A stretch of DNA of 64,000 nt from Octopus vulgaris. Lineage: Eukaryota. Numbering within the stretch: the stretch's first letter is position 1; each line of letters starts with the position of its first letter. The DNA lies in NCBI GenBank assembly GCA_951406725.2, contig OX597822.1, forward strand, positions 54,312,001 to 54,376,000, in the 5' to 3' direction. Position numbers and translations under genes: made by a program. The notes under the pieces were generated by a model. That model worked only from the letters and a program-made list of their open reading frames with translations, searched no databases and had not been told where the DNA came from. Below are positions 51,552-64,000 of this stretch, in pieces.

Positions 51552-54225
51552 TCAGTAGTTCTATTTTTATTGCGTACTTTCACTTCACTACCGAGCACAG
51601 CTCTGTGTGCCTTGGGTATGTGTTGTGATTTGTTGTGATGCTCTGATGGTTACTGTATTGAAAGTGTTTTGCGTTGGATGTGTGCAGTGCCCAGTAGTGC
51701 AACTTTCTGTATGTTATATATATTTGTAAGTCCTGGTGTTTTTGTTAGGTATTTGTCTGAATATTTTTTATCATACCTAATGCGCCTACTATGATAGGAA
51801 TTGTTTCTGATTTTAGATTCCACATTCGAGTTACCTCTATTTCCAAGTCCTTGTATTTTGAAAATTTTTCCATTTCTTTTAGAGACACGTTGTCACTGCT
51901 GGTATTGATACATCAATTAGAAAGCATTTTTTTTCTTCATGATCTCTGACAACTATATCTGGCCTATTGGCCTTAATTTCTCTATCTGTGTGTATTGGCA
52001 TATCCCAGAGTATGGTTGCTTTCTCGTTTTCCGCGACCTTTTCTGGTGTGTGCCTATCCCACCTTTTTTCTGTTGTTATTCCTTAGTGTTGACATAGCTT
52101 CCAGTGTATGTAGGTCCCAACTCTGTCGTGTCTGTGAATATATTCCTTCTTAGCCAGGACTGGGCAGCCAGAGATAATATGATTTATTGTTTCTTGTCCA
52201 TCTCCACATATTCTGCAGTTACTTATGTTTCTTTTCATTATATGTTTTTGGTAATTTCTGGTGGGGAGGCTTTCGTCTTGTGCTGCAATTAAAAATCCCT
52301 CCGTCTCTGCTTTGAGTCCTGAGCTTCTCAACCATTGCTAGGATTCTTCTCTGTCTATTTCTTTTGCATTTAGTTTAGTCCAGTATTTGCCATGAAGGGG
52401 CTTTTCTTGCCATCGTTTTATCAGAGGCTGTTGCTGTTCTAGCTTTAGTTTGGATTTCATTTGTTTTATAGCTTTTGGTGTTGTTTCTTCTTCTTCTTCT
52501 TCTTCTTCTTCTTCTTCTTCTTCTTCTTCTTCTTCTTCTTCTTCTTCTTCTTCTTCTTCTTCTACATATTTGTTAGGTAGTATGATTTCTTGTTTGTATT
52601 TTCAGCTTCCTTAAATACTGAGAACAGTTTTTTGTTTTGCTTGTGTTTTGCCGCTATTTGTATCAGTTTTCCTTGCTTCTGGAGTAGATATTTTTGCAAT
52701 CCTATGGTGGTTATTTTATAATAGTTTTCCAGCTGTATAAGGCCTCCACCAACTTCTATATGTTGTATATATAGCCTTTCTATGTCAGATTTTGGGTGGT
52801 GCATCCGAGATCCTGTCATTATTTTTCTTGTTTTCCTGTCTATTTTGGTTAGTTCATTTAGTGTCCAGTTAAGGATAATGTAGCAATAACTTATAACTGG
52901 GACGGCTAAAGTGTTAATACCTATTATCTTGTTTTTAGTAGTATTGAGCTCTGCTTTTATTATTGATCTAACTCGTCTATAGTATTCTTTCTTCATTTTC
53001 TCTTTCATTTGTGTGCGTTGTGTCTTATCTAGTTCATGGGTTCCTAAATATTTGTAAGTTTGGCTTTGGTCTAATTCTCTTATTTCATTGGCTTTATCTA
53101 GCGTGATGTTGCTACTATTAACTAGTTTTCCTCATTTCAGGGTTACTTTGGCGCATTTTTCTAATCCAAATTTCATATATATTTCTTTGGTAAATCCATG
53201 AACTGTCTGTAGTAGTGTTTCCAGCTGTTTGTCATTTGTAGCGTATAATTTTAGGTCATCCATATATAAAAGGTGGCTGATTGTTTTGCAGTAACATTTG
53301 TATCCGCATCCAGTTCTATTTAGCTTATCAGATAGAGGTGTCAGTGCCAAGCAGAAAAGGAGTGGAGAGAGCGTGTCTCCCTGGAATATTCCCCTTCTAA
53401 TGGGGATGGCTTTGGTTTTCACGAGTCCCTCTTTTGTTTGGAGCTGTAGCACTGTCTTATGTATTTTATAATTATTGGTGCTACCTTGTTAATGGCTAGT
53501 GCTTCGAGGATCCACGTGTGGGGAATACTATCAAAAGCCTTTCGGTAGTCGATCCAGGCCATACTGAGGCCTTTCTTCTTTCTGCGGCTGTCTTCAGTTG
53601 TGGCTTTATTGATCATTAGTTGATCTTTACAGTCATATGAGCTCTTGCAGCATCCTTTCAGCTCTTCTGGAAACAGGTGTTTTTTTTCAGATGTTTGTTC
53701 AATCTTTACGATATTACTGCAGTAAAGGCTTTGTACATTGTAGAGAGACGGGTTATAGGTCTGTAGTTTTGTGGTTTTGCCGTTTCATTGGATTTGGGAA
53801 TTAGGATGGTTTTCCACTTCGTGATCCATTCAGGCATTGTCTCTAGCTCTGCCAGTATATTGTTAAAGTCTTCAGCCAGCTTTTTGTGTATTCCTGTCAT
53901 GTTTTAACCAGAAGTTGGACATCTTGACGTGCCCAGGTGCCTTCCAGTTGCTTAGTCTTTGCTGTGCCTGGTTGACCTCTTCAGTTGTTATGGTAGTCCA
54001 GAGTTGCTCAGGTGCTAAGTTTGTTGTTTTAATAGTCCTTTTCTGTGGTTGTTCATTCGCCGACCATATGTCTTTCCAAAATTCTTTCACTTCTGCCGTT
54101 GGCGCTGCAGTGATGTCTATTTTATTTTTGCTAAGTTCTTGGTAGAACTTTTTGAGGTTGGAGTTGAACTGTTTGTTTTGTTCAAAGAAATGTTGGCGTT
54201 TCTCATACCGGCGGATCCTTTGTAC
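51552..54225 (-). mobile_element. Dong/R4-like non-LTR retrotransposon (RT + restriction-like endonuclease), disrupted
   Basis: NWKAPG, NYRPIT, AWIDYRKAFDSIPH, RGIFQGDTLSPLLF, HLLYMDDLKLY, CRICG..ETINHIISGC..YIHRHD and NRPDIVV..LIDVSIP; bounded by (TAA)n. Confidence 0.9.
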
Positions 54226-54235
54226 TTATTATTAC

Positions 54236-54307
<72 letters not shown>

Positions 54308-54775
54308 CATTATTATTATCTTGTAAAAGGATTAACATAACTCTTCACGAAGATAAATAGACAATACTAAGAAGGCGATGCGATTACAATAAATATTTTA
54401 TTAGTTTGAACAATATCTCGTCAACTTGCCTGTCTTCGTCGAGTTCAAAATGAAAAGTGATACAGTCATCTCAATCTTCTTCTTCCTCCTTCTCTTTTTC
54501 CTTTAATTATTTTTTTGCCAGTTGTAAAATTTAAAACTGATGCTCGATGTTAAGGCAGTATGACTCTCACCAGATACAACAAAATAATAATCCTTTCTAC
54601 TAAAGATACACAGCCTGATATTTGGTTGGAGGGACTAGACGATTACATAGACCCTAGTATTTCACTGATACTTAATTTATTGACCCCGAAATGATGAAAG
54701 CAAAGTCGACTTCGGCGGGATTTGAAGCCAGAATTTTACCCGGCGTACTAACAATTCAGCCAGCTCGCTGCTTTA

Positions 54776-54817
<42 letters not shown>

Positions 54818-56248
54818 TAATGCCCTGATGGCCCTCATGGATTCTGACCATAACTGATTGGAAGTGTTATCATGTACATTGTTTTGTCTTGGTATAAAAG
54901 ATGGGCTATAGCAAATATTCTGCTCAGTACCGCAGATTTGTGTGTCAGTTGTTTGACCGTAACCAGCTGAGCATGTCCCTTAGTGGCTGACGATATGTGC
55001 ATCTCTGATCACGAGCAGAAGTAGTGAGGGAGCATCATAACCATATGTTGAGAGGAATTCTTTGGGGTTTGGATAATTCACCTTTAGAAACAAGGGGGTT
55101 TGTTCATCATCCTTGAACGACCCTTATTGAGGGACCTTTAGAGCGGGATGAGCAACTCGACCTGAAGAAAATTCTAACTGAGCCCCACCTGCAAGGTCAT
55201 GCACTGTTTATCTTGATATACGATCACTATGTCGCGCACATATGGTTGTGTGATATACTTGTGATGCATGTGCCTAGTGTACCCTTATCAGACGGATAGT
55301 CATGATGGGTATATCGGGCTTCGTATAGTGTCACTTTGATGGCAAGCACTTCTCTCTCACTCAATAATAATAATAATCCTTTCTAATATAGGCACAAGGC
55401 CTGAAATTTCGAGAGAGCGGGTAGTCGATTACATCGACCTCAGTGTTTCACTGGTTTTTATTTCATCGACCCCGAAAGGATGAAAGGCAAAGTTAACCTC
55501 GGCGGAATTTGAACTCAGAACGTAAGGACAGGCGAAATAGCGCGAAGCATTTTGCCGGCGTGCTAACGATTCTGCCAGCTCGCCACCTTAACAACAACAA
55601 CGACAACAACAATGATTCTGTTGTTGTTGTTGTTGTTTTTGTTGTTGTTGTTGTTCTTGCTAAGGACATACAAACGAAAATCTAAAAAAAATTAGAAACT
55701 TTAATATCTCCAATTTTGTGTGAACATTTTATCTTTCCTTTTTCCTTGACTATTCGAATATGTAAACAAGCTTTAGAACACACAACGATTCTGCCAGCTC
55801 ACCACCTTAACAACAACAACAACAACAACATTCTGCTCAATACCACAGATTTGCTTGTCAGTTGTTTGACCTTAACCAGTTGAGCAATGTCCCTTAGAGG
55901 CTGACGATATGTGCATCTCTGATCACGAGCAGAAGTAGTGGGGGAGCATCATAGCTATGTGTTGAGAGGAATTCTTTTGGTGTTCTGTTCAACATCCTTA
56001 AACAACCCTTATTCAGGGAGCTTTTGAGCGGGATGGGCTACTCGACCAGAATAAAATTCTATCTGGGCCCCACCTGCAAGGTCATGTGCTGTTTATCTTG
56101 ATATGAGATCACCAAGTCATGCACATATGGTTGTGATGCATCTGCCTAGTGTAACCTTATCAGATGAGTAGTCATGCTGGGTATACTGGGTTTCGTATAT
56201 TTTTACCCCAGTGTCACTTTGATGGCATGCACTGCTCTCTTACTCAAT

Positions 56249-56316
<68 letters not shown>

Positions 56317-56939
56317 GCGACTGGACGTGTTCTTCACTGCTCTGACGTGTCACCAGCTGAAGACACAGAAACACTAATACAACCCAGCAGGACAACTGAA
56401 AAATAACTCTCAAAGACTGGAATATCTACAATTTCTTGTGAGTATTTTGAATTTCCTTCAAAATAAGTCAAGAAACTTACATATCTACTTTAAAACCTTT
56501 AATATCTACAACTTCTGTGATTACCTATCCTTTCCTTTCTCCCCATGTATACGAAATTGTAAACATCCTCTTTATTCCAAGAACACTACAAATTTCTCTG
56601 TTCGGACAGACAAAAGATCATCTCCAGTAAATTTAAAAATAATTTTCTGTGGAAATTTTACCTTCCTTTTCTTTCCTTTCCTTTCTCCCTGAGTATTCGA
56701 AAATGTAAACATCCTTTTCATTGCAAAAATACTACTGTATTCTCCAACTGGACAGACAAACGAACATCTCAAGAAAACATTAAAACTTTAATATGTTAAA
56801 TTTTGTATGAAACTTATCTCTGACTACCCAAATATGTAAACATACCTCTTATTGCAACAACACAATTCAATTCAGAAATTCAAAAATTCAACGACGTGAA
56901 TATCAGTGTACATACATACATACATATATATATATATAC

Positions 56940-57013
<74 letters not shown>

Positions 57014-57814
57014 TACCAGTAATTACAAATAGAACAGGTTGAATTGCTTCTTTTCAAGGCCAAGGGCAGAGCTCTCAGTGGTCGCTGGTAGTAGTAAACA
57101 CATTCGACCCCTGCTGACCTAAAGGGTGCGAAGATTCTTTTGTCTCTATGACTGATCTCCCCAGCATCTGCCGAATCTATTTATAGACCTGTAGAATTTG
57201 ATGTATTTACCAACTGTTTCCCCAACCACATATTTACGATTATCTCAAGTACAAGACAAAAGTTGAAAATAAAGAACATTTAATAAAATCTTTCAATAAT
57301 AAATGGAAATAGTAATAATGATAATAACAATAGTAGTAATGGTGATGGTGATAACGATAAAAATAATGATAATATGCTGCAGCTGCTAATACTACGACTA
57401 CTACTATTCTGATAGTACAGAAATCTGAGGCCCAACAACCACTACTACCACTACTACCACTACCCCCAACCTACTACTGTTGCTTCTGCTGGTACCACTG
57501 CTGCTACTACACATAGATACAACAATTACAACAGCGGTGATAGAAGACTGAAGAAGAGCCTGTTCACCGAAGAAGATTAATAGTGAGCAATGGACTTTCT
57601 GGAAAGTCGTTCAGCATGACAGAACATCGCCGAGGAAGGCCAGATCAAGTTGTGTAATTTCCCATGCGGCTGTCCGTGTGAACAGTGCTGGAAATTCGTG
57701 CCACCCCTGTTGTCCTACATAGGCCTGTGTAACCTTTGAGTCTGTTAATATAACAATGACAAATAGTAAAAGATAAAAACAATAATATCTGATATCAGTG
57801 ATAATAATAATAAC

Positions 57815-57885
<71 letters not shown>

Positions 57886-57990
57886 CCATACAATAACCAT
57901 CAGAGCATCACAACAAATCACAGCACATACCCAAGGCACACAGAGCTGCGCTCGGTAGTGAAGTGAAAGCACGCTATAAAAATAAAACTA

Positions 57991-58072
<82 letters not shown>

Positions 58073-58329
58073 AAGGAAGCGGGTGAAGCCTCTCCATGTC
58101 CTGATTAATGATACATCCAGTGATGGTCCACAATAAAAGCACTGGTAATTGTGCAACCTGATAATCGCTACCTCATATATGTGACAATAAATAAACAAAA
58201 TATTGTGAACAACGGTGGTAATGAAACTGAAGCCATTGCTGGTGTCATATCGTTGCACCCGGCAGGCTCAGAGATTCTGGTCCAGCTCCAGCCTGTTGAT
58301 ATCCAGAAAGGGACCACAACACACGGCGT

Positions 58330-59720
58330 AGATGGAGCAAGCAAATTAATGCTGTGGTCGTGGAGTGTTACCACCTGAGCAACCCGGTAGATGAAAATGT
58401 CGCTCGAATTAAGGGTTACCGACAATGTATGTATGATCATTGGAGGGAAATGGGGTTGTTTCAACTCACAGAACAGAGACTATATGATCAAGCTAGAGCA
58501 ATAAGAAAAAACCGTTGGTTCGAAGCCATCAAAAAACGGGTCTTGCAAAATATCAGTAGAGATAACGATGAAAATATAGTTTTTACTAATAGAAGTAATC
58601 TCAAATCACAGGAAAGGAGCAGTGATAGTTTACTTGATGAGCGACATATAGATGATCTAAAAGAAGACAATAAAACTAATGGCGACATGACAGATGAACA
58701 AAAGGCAATCTACGACTTAATAAAGGTTGATCGATGGAAATTGAACCAAGAAACGAAAAATGGCAATGAAATTCTGAAATACATCAGAACAAACAACATC
58801 CCAGAAACAAATAATTTGATTAAGGTAGCAAGTATTGTTGCAGCAGAAAAGGTGGGTGTTGATGTCAAGAAAAAGAAATATAATGGAAGGGCCAAAAGAA
58901 AAGATCCATGGTGGAAAAGATGAATACAATCAAGGTTAGATATGCTCTCGAAGGAAATTTCCATGTTAGACCGAAAAGAGAAAGGGCAGCTTCAAAGTGA
59001 ACAAAAATACAGGGCGCTGAAAAGGAAGTATAATATTGAAAAGAAAGGTCTGAAAGTGGTAATGGAAGAACTGAAACAGCGCCTCGTTGCAAAGAAAGCA
59101 AAGATGGTAAGATACGACCAAAGAATGAAGTGTTACCACCAGAATAGGTTATTTAGAGTAAATCAGAAGAGATTCTATAAAGAAATAAATGGAGAGTGTA
59201 CTGATGAAAAGTTGATACCAGATAACAATGAAAGTCAAAGTTTTGGAGTGACATTTGGAGCAAAGACAAAGAGCAGAAGAAGGATGCTGAATAGTTGCAA
59301 GAATTGAAACAAACAGTAGTCTGCCTCAAACAAGCAGAAATAGTCATTTCAGTTGGGGAAGTGAAGGAAATCAGCAAGAAAATGAGCGCCTGGAAGGCCC
59401 ACAGTCTTGGATTATGGAGTTTATGAACCTATTTGGTATTTTATTGAATGTTGAGCGATTGCTCGGAAAAAGTATGGCGAATTGGAGGACGGACCTGATA
59501 GCATACGGAAGAAAATTAGGGACAGTAGAAATCAGGAGGGGCATCCTCCAATGGGGCCGCCTCTCCCCACTGATCTTTGTACAGTGATTGATACCACTAA
59601 CACTGATTCTGAGGAAAGCAAAAGCTGGGTATGTATTCAAAAGCCGCCAACAAAAAGTCAACCATTTGTTATTCATGGATGACCTGAAACTTTATGGTAA
59701 AGATGAAGCCCAAGTCAGTT
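58330..59720 (+). mobile_element. Decayed Dong/R4-like LINE
   Basis: ECY..GYRQ.MY..W, LTEQRL.DQAR.I, KDPWWKR, YHQNRLFRVNQKRFY and NHLLFMDDLKLY. Confidence 0.8.
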
Positions 59721-60025
59721 CCTATAAATATCTCAAAGTTTTAGCAAACACAGAAAGTAATAGAAAAGGCTTACAGATTTTTTTTGCGGCGGGGGGGGGG
59801 GAGCTGTAAAATGGCCATCCCTATCATAATGATAATAATAATAATATTATTATTAGTATTTTATGTTTGACTTTTGCTTTACATTTGTACGTGTTGGCTC
59901 CAAGTCTCACCCAGAGACCTCAAGAGACAACAAGTTGGAAGTTCATGTTGGTGTTATGCATAGGGTGCCATATATTTGGTTTTGTACATAATGTTCTAGA
60001 GAATGTTTAAGAAACCATAAGAAAA

Positions 60026-60086
<61 letters not shown>

Positions 60087-60102
60087 CATTATTATTATTA
60101 TT

Positions 60103-60400
60103 GCCTTTGTACAGCTTCTAACGCTGGAGATGCACTACGGTGTCAGCTGTTGACTGCCAGTGAACTAATGTAACACCTCTTATTTTTCGAGCACATTCCA
60201 GAGTATTCGAGCGGTTCTAAGCAGTACTGTTTTTTGTAAGTGCTCCCCCCTTATTGCAGCCCCTATTTGTTCTATGTACTTCTCAAAATTTTTACTCACT
60301 GTTCCCAGGACTCCGATAATTATTGGTACCACTACCACCTTTTTCATCGACCACAACTGCTTAACTTCCCAGATGTTCGTACATTGACTCTGCAAGTATT
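60103..60400 (-). mobile_element. 3' fragment of a Dong/R4-like LINE
   Basis: EVKQLWSMKKVVVVPIIIGVLGTV..HLQKTVLLRTARIL followed by (TAA)n. Confidence 0.75.
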
Positions 60401-60856
60401 CCAGTCAATAAATGTGCCATGTCGAAATATAGTTCACTAGATAACAATGGCACTCTTCTTTCAATTTTGACTCTATATCTTCTGGAGGAGTTACCCCAAT
60501 CCTTTATATATTAACTAAAATGAAGTAGATTGACAAAATTACTTTTTGAACCAATTGAAGACACACACAATGTCGAAATATCGTTTACTAGATGACATTG
60601 GCACTCTTCTTTTAATTTTGATATTATTATTATTATTATTATATAACTGTTCAACATTTGGTAGTTTGAGGCAAAGGGAGTGTTGCATCACTTCAGATTT
60701 TCTTTTAGTTTGTCTCTGTAGCGCAAGAGTAGCCTTCCAACTGACCTTTCTATTGCGAATTGGCGAAAGAGAAGTCGCTTCGAAATTCTGATATCAATCG
60801 TACGTGAGTTCATCTAAGCTGTATTTTGGTGAGGATGGCTTCAATACCTAATATGT

Positions 60857-60899
<43 letters not shown>

Positions 60900-60905
<6 letters not shown>

Positions 60906-61146
60906 GAAGGGAGCTGACTTCTCGTCGACAACCATGATTGTCACACGCTGATGAAAGGTAAACGCCTTGAAACTCGGGTCCGTGTGTATCATGAGTTGAA
61001 GACGGGGAGGATGACTTCCCTTCAAAAATACTGAGAGGACACAGATAGTGTGTCTATAGCCAGCTGGAGGAGATATCTTCCTGGGGCTACAAACTACAGT
61101 AGCATCCACCCTTAGGGGTTAGCCATATTCAAATGGCAAATATGCG

Positions 61147-61152
<6 letters not shown>
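60900..61152 (+). mobile_element. Solo hammerhead-bearing repeat embedded in (TA)n
   Basis: Similar to 28765-28984 (TTCCCTTC..AATACT, GGAGGA.AT.TCTTCCTGGGGCT, TGGCAAAT); (TA)n on both sides. Confidence 0.7.
60942..60986 (+). ncRNA. Type I minimal hammerhead ribozyme (Penelope/retrozyme type)
   Basis: CACACG-CTGATGA-AAGG(taaacg)CCTT-GAAAC-TCGG-GTC-CGTGTG: perfect helix I and II, intact core, GUC cleavage triplet. Confidence 0.85.
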
Positions 61153-61188
<36 letters not shown>

Positions 61189-61190
<2 letters not shown>

Positions 61191-62016
61191 CAGGGTGGGT
61201 GGAAAGTAACTAGGCATTAGAAATTGCTTATAGAATTTTTAGTATCATTGAAGTCATGACGCAAACATTTTTTTAAAAACAGACAACACTAATGGGGATT
61301 TCTTATTTTCCAGATGGCCGGTCGCTTGAATATTTAGGAGTGACCTAAGATAGCGGCACGCTATGAAATGTGGAATTTCATTGTTTTGGTTCAGAGATGA
61401 TGGCGTGCATTGAAAGGTAAGTATGTAACACTACGTCCGGACACAATAAAAATTTGTCGTACAAAACTGATGACCACGAGCTCTGTGAACAATACAAAAA
61501 AAGGTGGCATCAGTGTAGGAAATGTTTAATCGCAGCTTGCAAAAATCAACGTCAAGCAGCTAGTGAAAGTGGACTAACATGACACTTAATACGTATGGTG
61601 TGGCATAAAGAATTGAATTTTCGTCCGTAGAAACCCCATTATGTGCAGGAGTTAAAGCCCGAAGACTGTTAGTGAAGAAGTCCAGAACTCCAAGAAGTCC
61701 AGATTTCACTCCATGTGATTTTTACACAAAAGAGGTGCACAAGACAAGACTTCGCACACTGGAGGACTTGGGGACACTGATGGAGGAAGTTTTCAATGAT
61801 ATTCCAGACGACGTCATTCAGAAGGTTGTTCATTCCATCCCCGGCCGTTTGAGGGAGCTGCTTGACACCACCGGTGCTTACGTTGAAATATGAAGATTTA
61901 CTTTCATTTCCCCATGTAATAAAGAACATGTATCATTTGTTTCAATAAATCTGTAAAAAGAATATGGATTTTATTACCAATTTTTAAAGGCTACTTACAT
62001 TTCACTCACTCTTGTA
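61189..62016 (+). mobile_element. Degenerate Tc1/mariner-superfamily transposon
   Basis: PRSPDFTPCDF motif and RTLEDL..IP.DVIQKVVHS..RL C-terminus; TACAGGGTG 5' end. Confidence 0.7.
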
Positions 62017-62079
62017 TATATATATCTGCTGGTTGTTCCTACACCTGCCTTCGTCTTTTATTTTCTGTAAATTTGAATT

Positions 62080-62474
62080 ATGTATGTATGCATGCATATA
62101 TGTATGTATGTATGTATGTAAGTATGTATGCATATATGTATACATATATGTATGCATATATGCATGTATGCATGCATGTATGTATGTATACATATATGTA
62201 TGCATATATACATGTATGCATGCATGTATGTATACATATATGTATGCATATATGCATGTATGCATGCATGTATGTATACATATATGTATGCATATATGCA
62301 TGTATGCATGCATGTATGTATACATATATGTATGCATATATGCATGTATGCATGCATGTATGTATACATATATGTATGCATATATGCATGTATGTATACA
62401 TATATGTATGCATATATGCATGTATGTATGTATGTATGTATGTATGTATGTATGTATGTACGTATGTATGTATG
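62080..62474. repeat. Higher-order YATR tetranucleotide satellite
   Basis: ~44-bp unit TATGTATACATATATGTATGCATATATGCATGTATGCATGCATG repeated about 6-7 times. Confidence 0.85.
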
Positions 62475-62817
62475 GTAGGGCAGTTATCGTGCTGACGACA
62501 TTCATTGAGGCAGAAAAACGTATCCACAGCTATCCTTTTATTTACAGACAATAAGCCAGTCTTTTTCCTTAATGACAATCTTGGAGAAGTCTTGATTTGG
62601 ATTATCTCCCTTCCTCATATGGCACTGGTTTCAATTATCATTATGCTATTATGACACATCGTCTAGAGGCTGAGATAACTTTAACAAATTAAAAATGGAT
62701 ATTGTTTGGTATTTTATATACCTGTATTTGTCTATGTTATTCATGTACAAGCCTCTGGCTACTCTGAGTTATTTCTCTTAGCTCATTTTTGTCTAATATG
62801 ACACACATAAACACACA

Positions 62818-62893
<76 letters not shown>

Positions 62894-63060
62894 TTTCTAT
62901 ATGTATATGACTGTTTTTGTGTATGTACATAGGAATAATTTCATTACCAACTCTGTGTATGTATTTGTGAGTGCGTATACATACATACATATATACATAT
63001 ACTCGTACGTACACACATATATACGCACGTACATACATATATGTATATATATCATTATTA

Positions 63061-63175
63061 TTATTGATATTTAGCAGAAGTAACAGAGTGACTTAAGGTC
63101 CGAGAGTTTCGTGCGTTGGTACCACGAATCTCACGGACCTTGAGCGACTCTGTTACTTCTGCTAAATATTAATAA
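63061..63175. repeat. ~115-bp hairpin
   Basis: TTATTGATATTTAGCAGAAGTAACAGAGT..AAGGTCCG pairs with CGGACCTT..ACTCTGTTACTTCTGCTAAATATTAATAA. Confidence 0.75.
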
Positions 63176-63264
63176 AAGTATACATATACTTATATCTTGA
63201 GTTCTGTTTCTTCCGGTTTGCATCAACACAGCTATATATATATATATATTTATTATATAGAAGG

Positions 63265-63315
63265 AGCTTCTACAGGACTAGAACTGTTTCATTCAAGAGA
63301 AATCTTCAGGAAGCT
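63265..63315 (-). ncRNA. Type I hammerhead ribozyme
   Basis: Reverse complement: AGCTTC-CTGAAGA-tTTC(tctt)GAAt-GAAAC-AG(ttctagtc)CT-GTA-GAAGCT; perfect 6-bp helix I. Confidence 0.7.
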
Positions 63316-64000
63316 AGTTAACAAGAATTGTATTGGCATTTATACATTTAGGCAGGTTTAAACGGGTGGTGGTGGGGGACTTTTTTGGGGTAGGCATAGC
63401 GCAAAATATCATACTTGGGGGAGTGGTCAAGGAGTCAGTGTTAAATTAGATAAAAGAATAAATAAAAAAATAAAGAAATAAAAAAATAAAAAAATAAAGA
63501 AATATAAAAAAATATATATAAAAAAGGAATAGAGTTTTAGGTAAATAAGGAGATTCTCTCACTTATACCTATGCACATATGTATACATATATACACACAC
63601 ATACAAACATATATACATATACATACACACACATATACATATATATACACTTACACAAACATATACATATCTACACATACACATATATGTATACATACAC
63701 ACACTCACATGCATACACGTATACACACATGTATATATACACACACGACCACACATACATATACACACAGAAAAATATATATACACATACACACACATAC
63801 ACACATACACGCATACACACACATATCCACACACACACATGCACACACAGCACACTAGTCCCTATATACACATATATACACATACACACATATATATATA
63901 CACACACATACATATACATACATATATATACATATATATATATATACATATGTGTACCGATACATACCTACACATACACACATATATATACATACAAATA

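Overview
AT-rich, microsatellite-dense animal genomic DNA, very probably octopus/coleoid cephalopod judging by its SINE families and (TA)n/(CA)n/(TAA)n/(CATA)n tracts. The one host gene I can support is a minus-strand aquaglyceroporin (AQP3/7/9/10, GlpF-like), reconstructed by hand from 6 well-supported exons plus a likely 7th: 37147-37070, 32093-31973, 27896-27759, 22438-22332, 13867-13650, 7090-6951, 2627-2518 (912 nt, ~303 aa). Its ar/R selectivity filter is atypical: the near-invariant Arg after the second NPA is Leu (NPALD), and the four filter positions read S/V/P/L. The rest is mobile-element debris: tRNA-derived SINEs, Dong/R4-like, RTE, CR1/L2-like, L1/Tx1-like and CRE-like LINE fragments, mariner/Tc1, hAT and non-autonomous Helitrons. 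I also found about 11 type I hammerhead ribozyme motifs, some intact and some degenerate. Most sit in microsatellite-flanked, ORF-less elements, several of which are long fold-back repeats inside the aquaporin introns. Nearly all long ORFs in the supplied track are microsatellite artefacts. Repeat boundaries were read by eye and are approximate.
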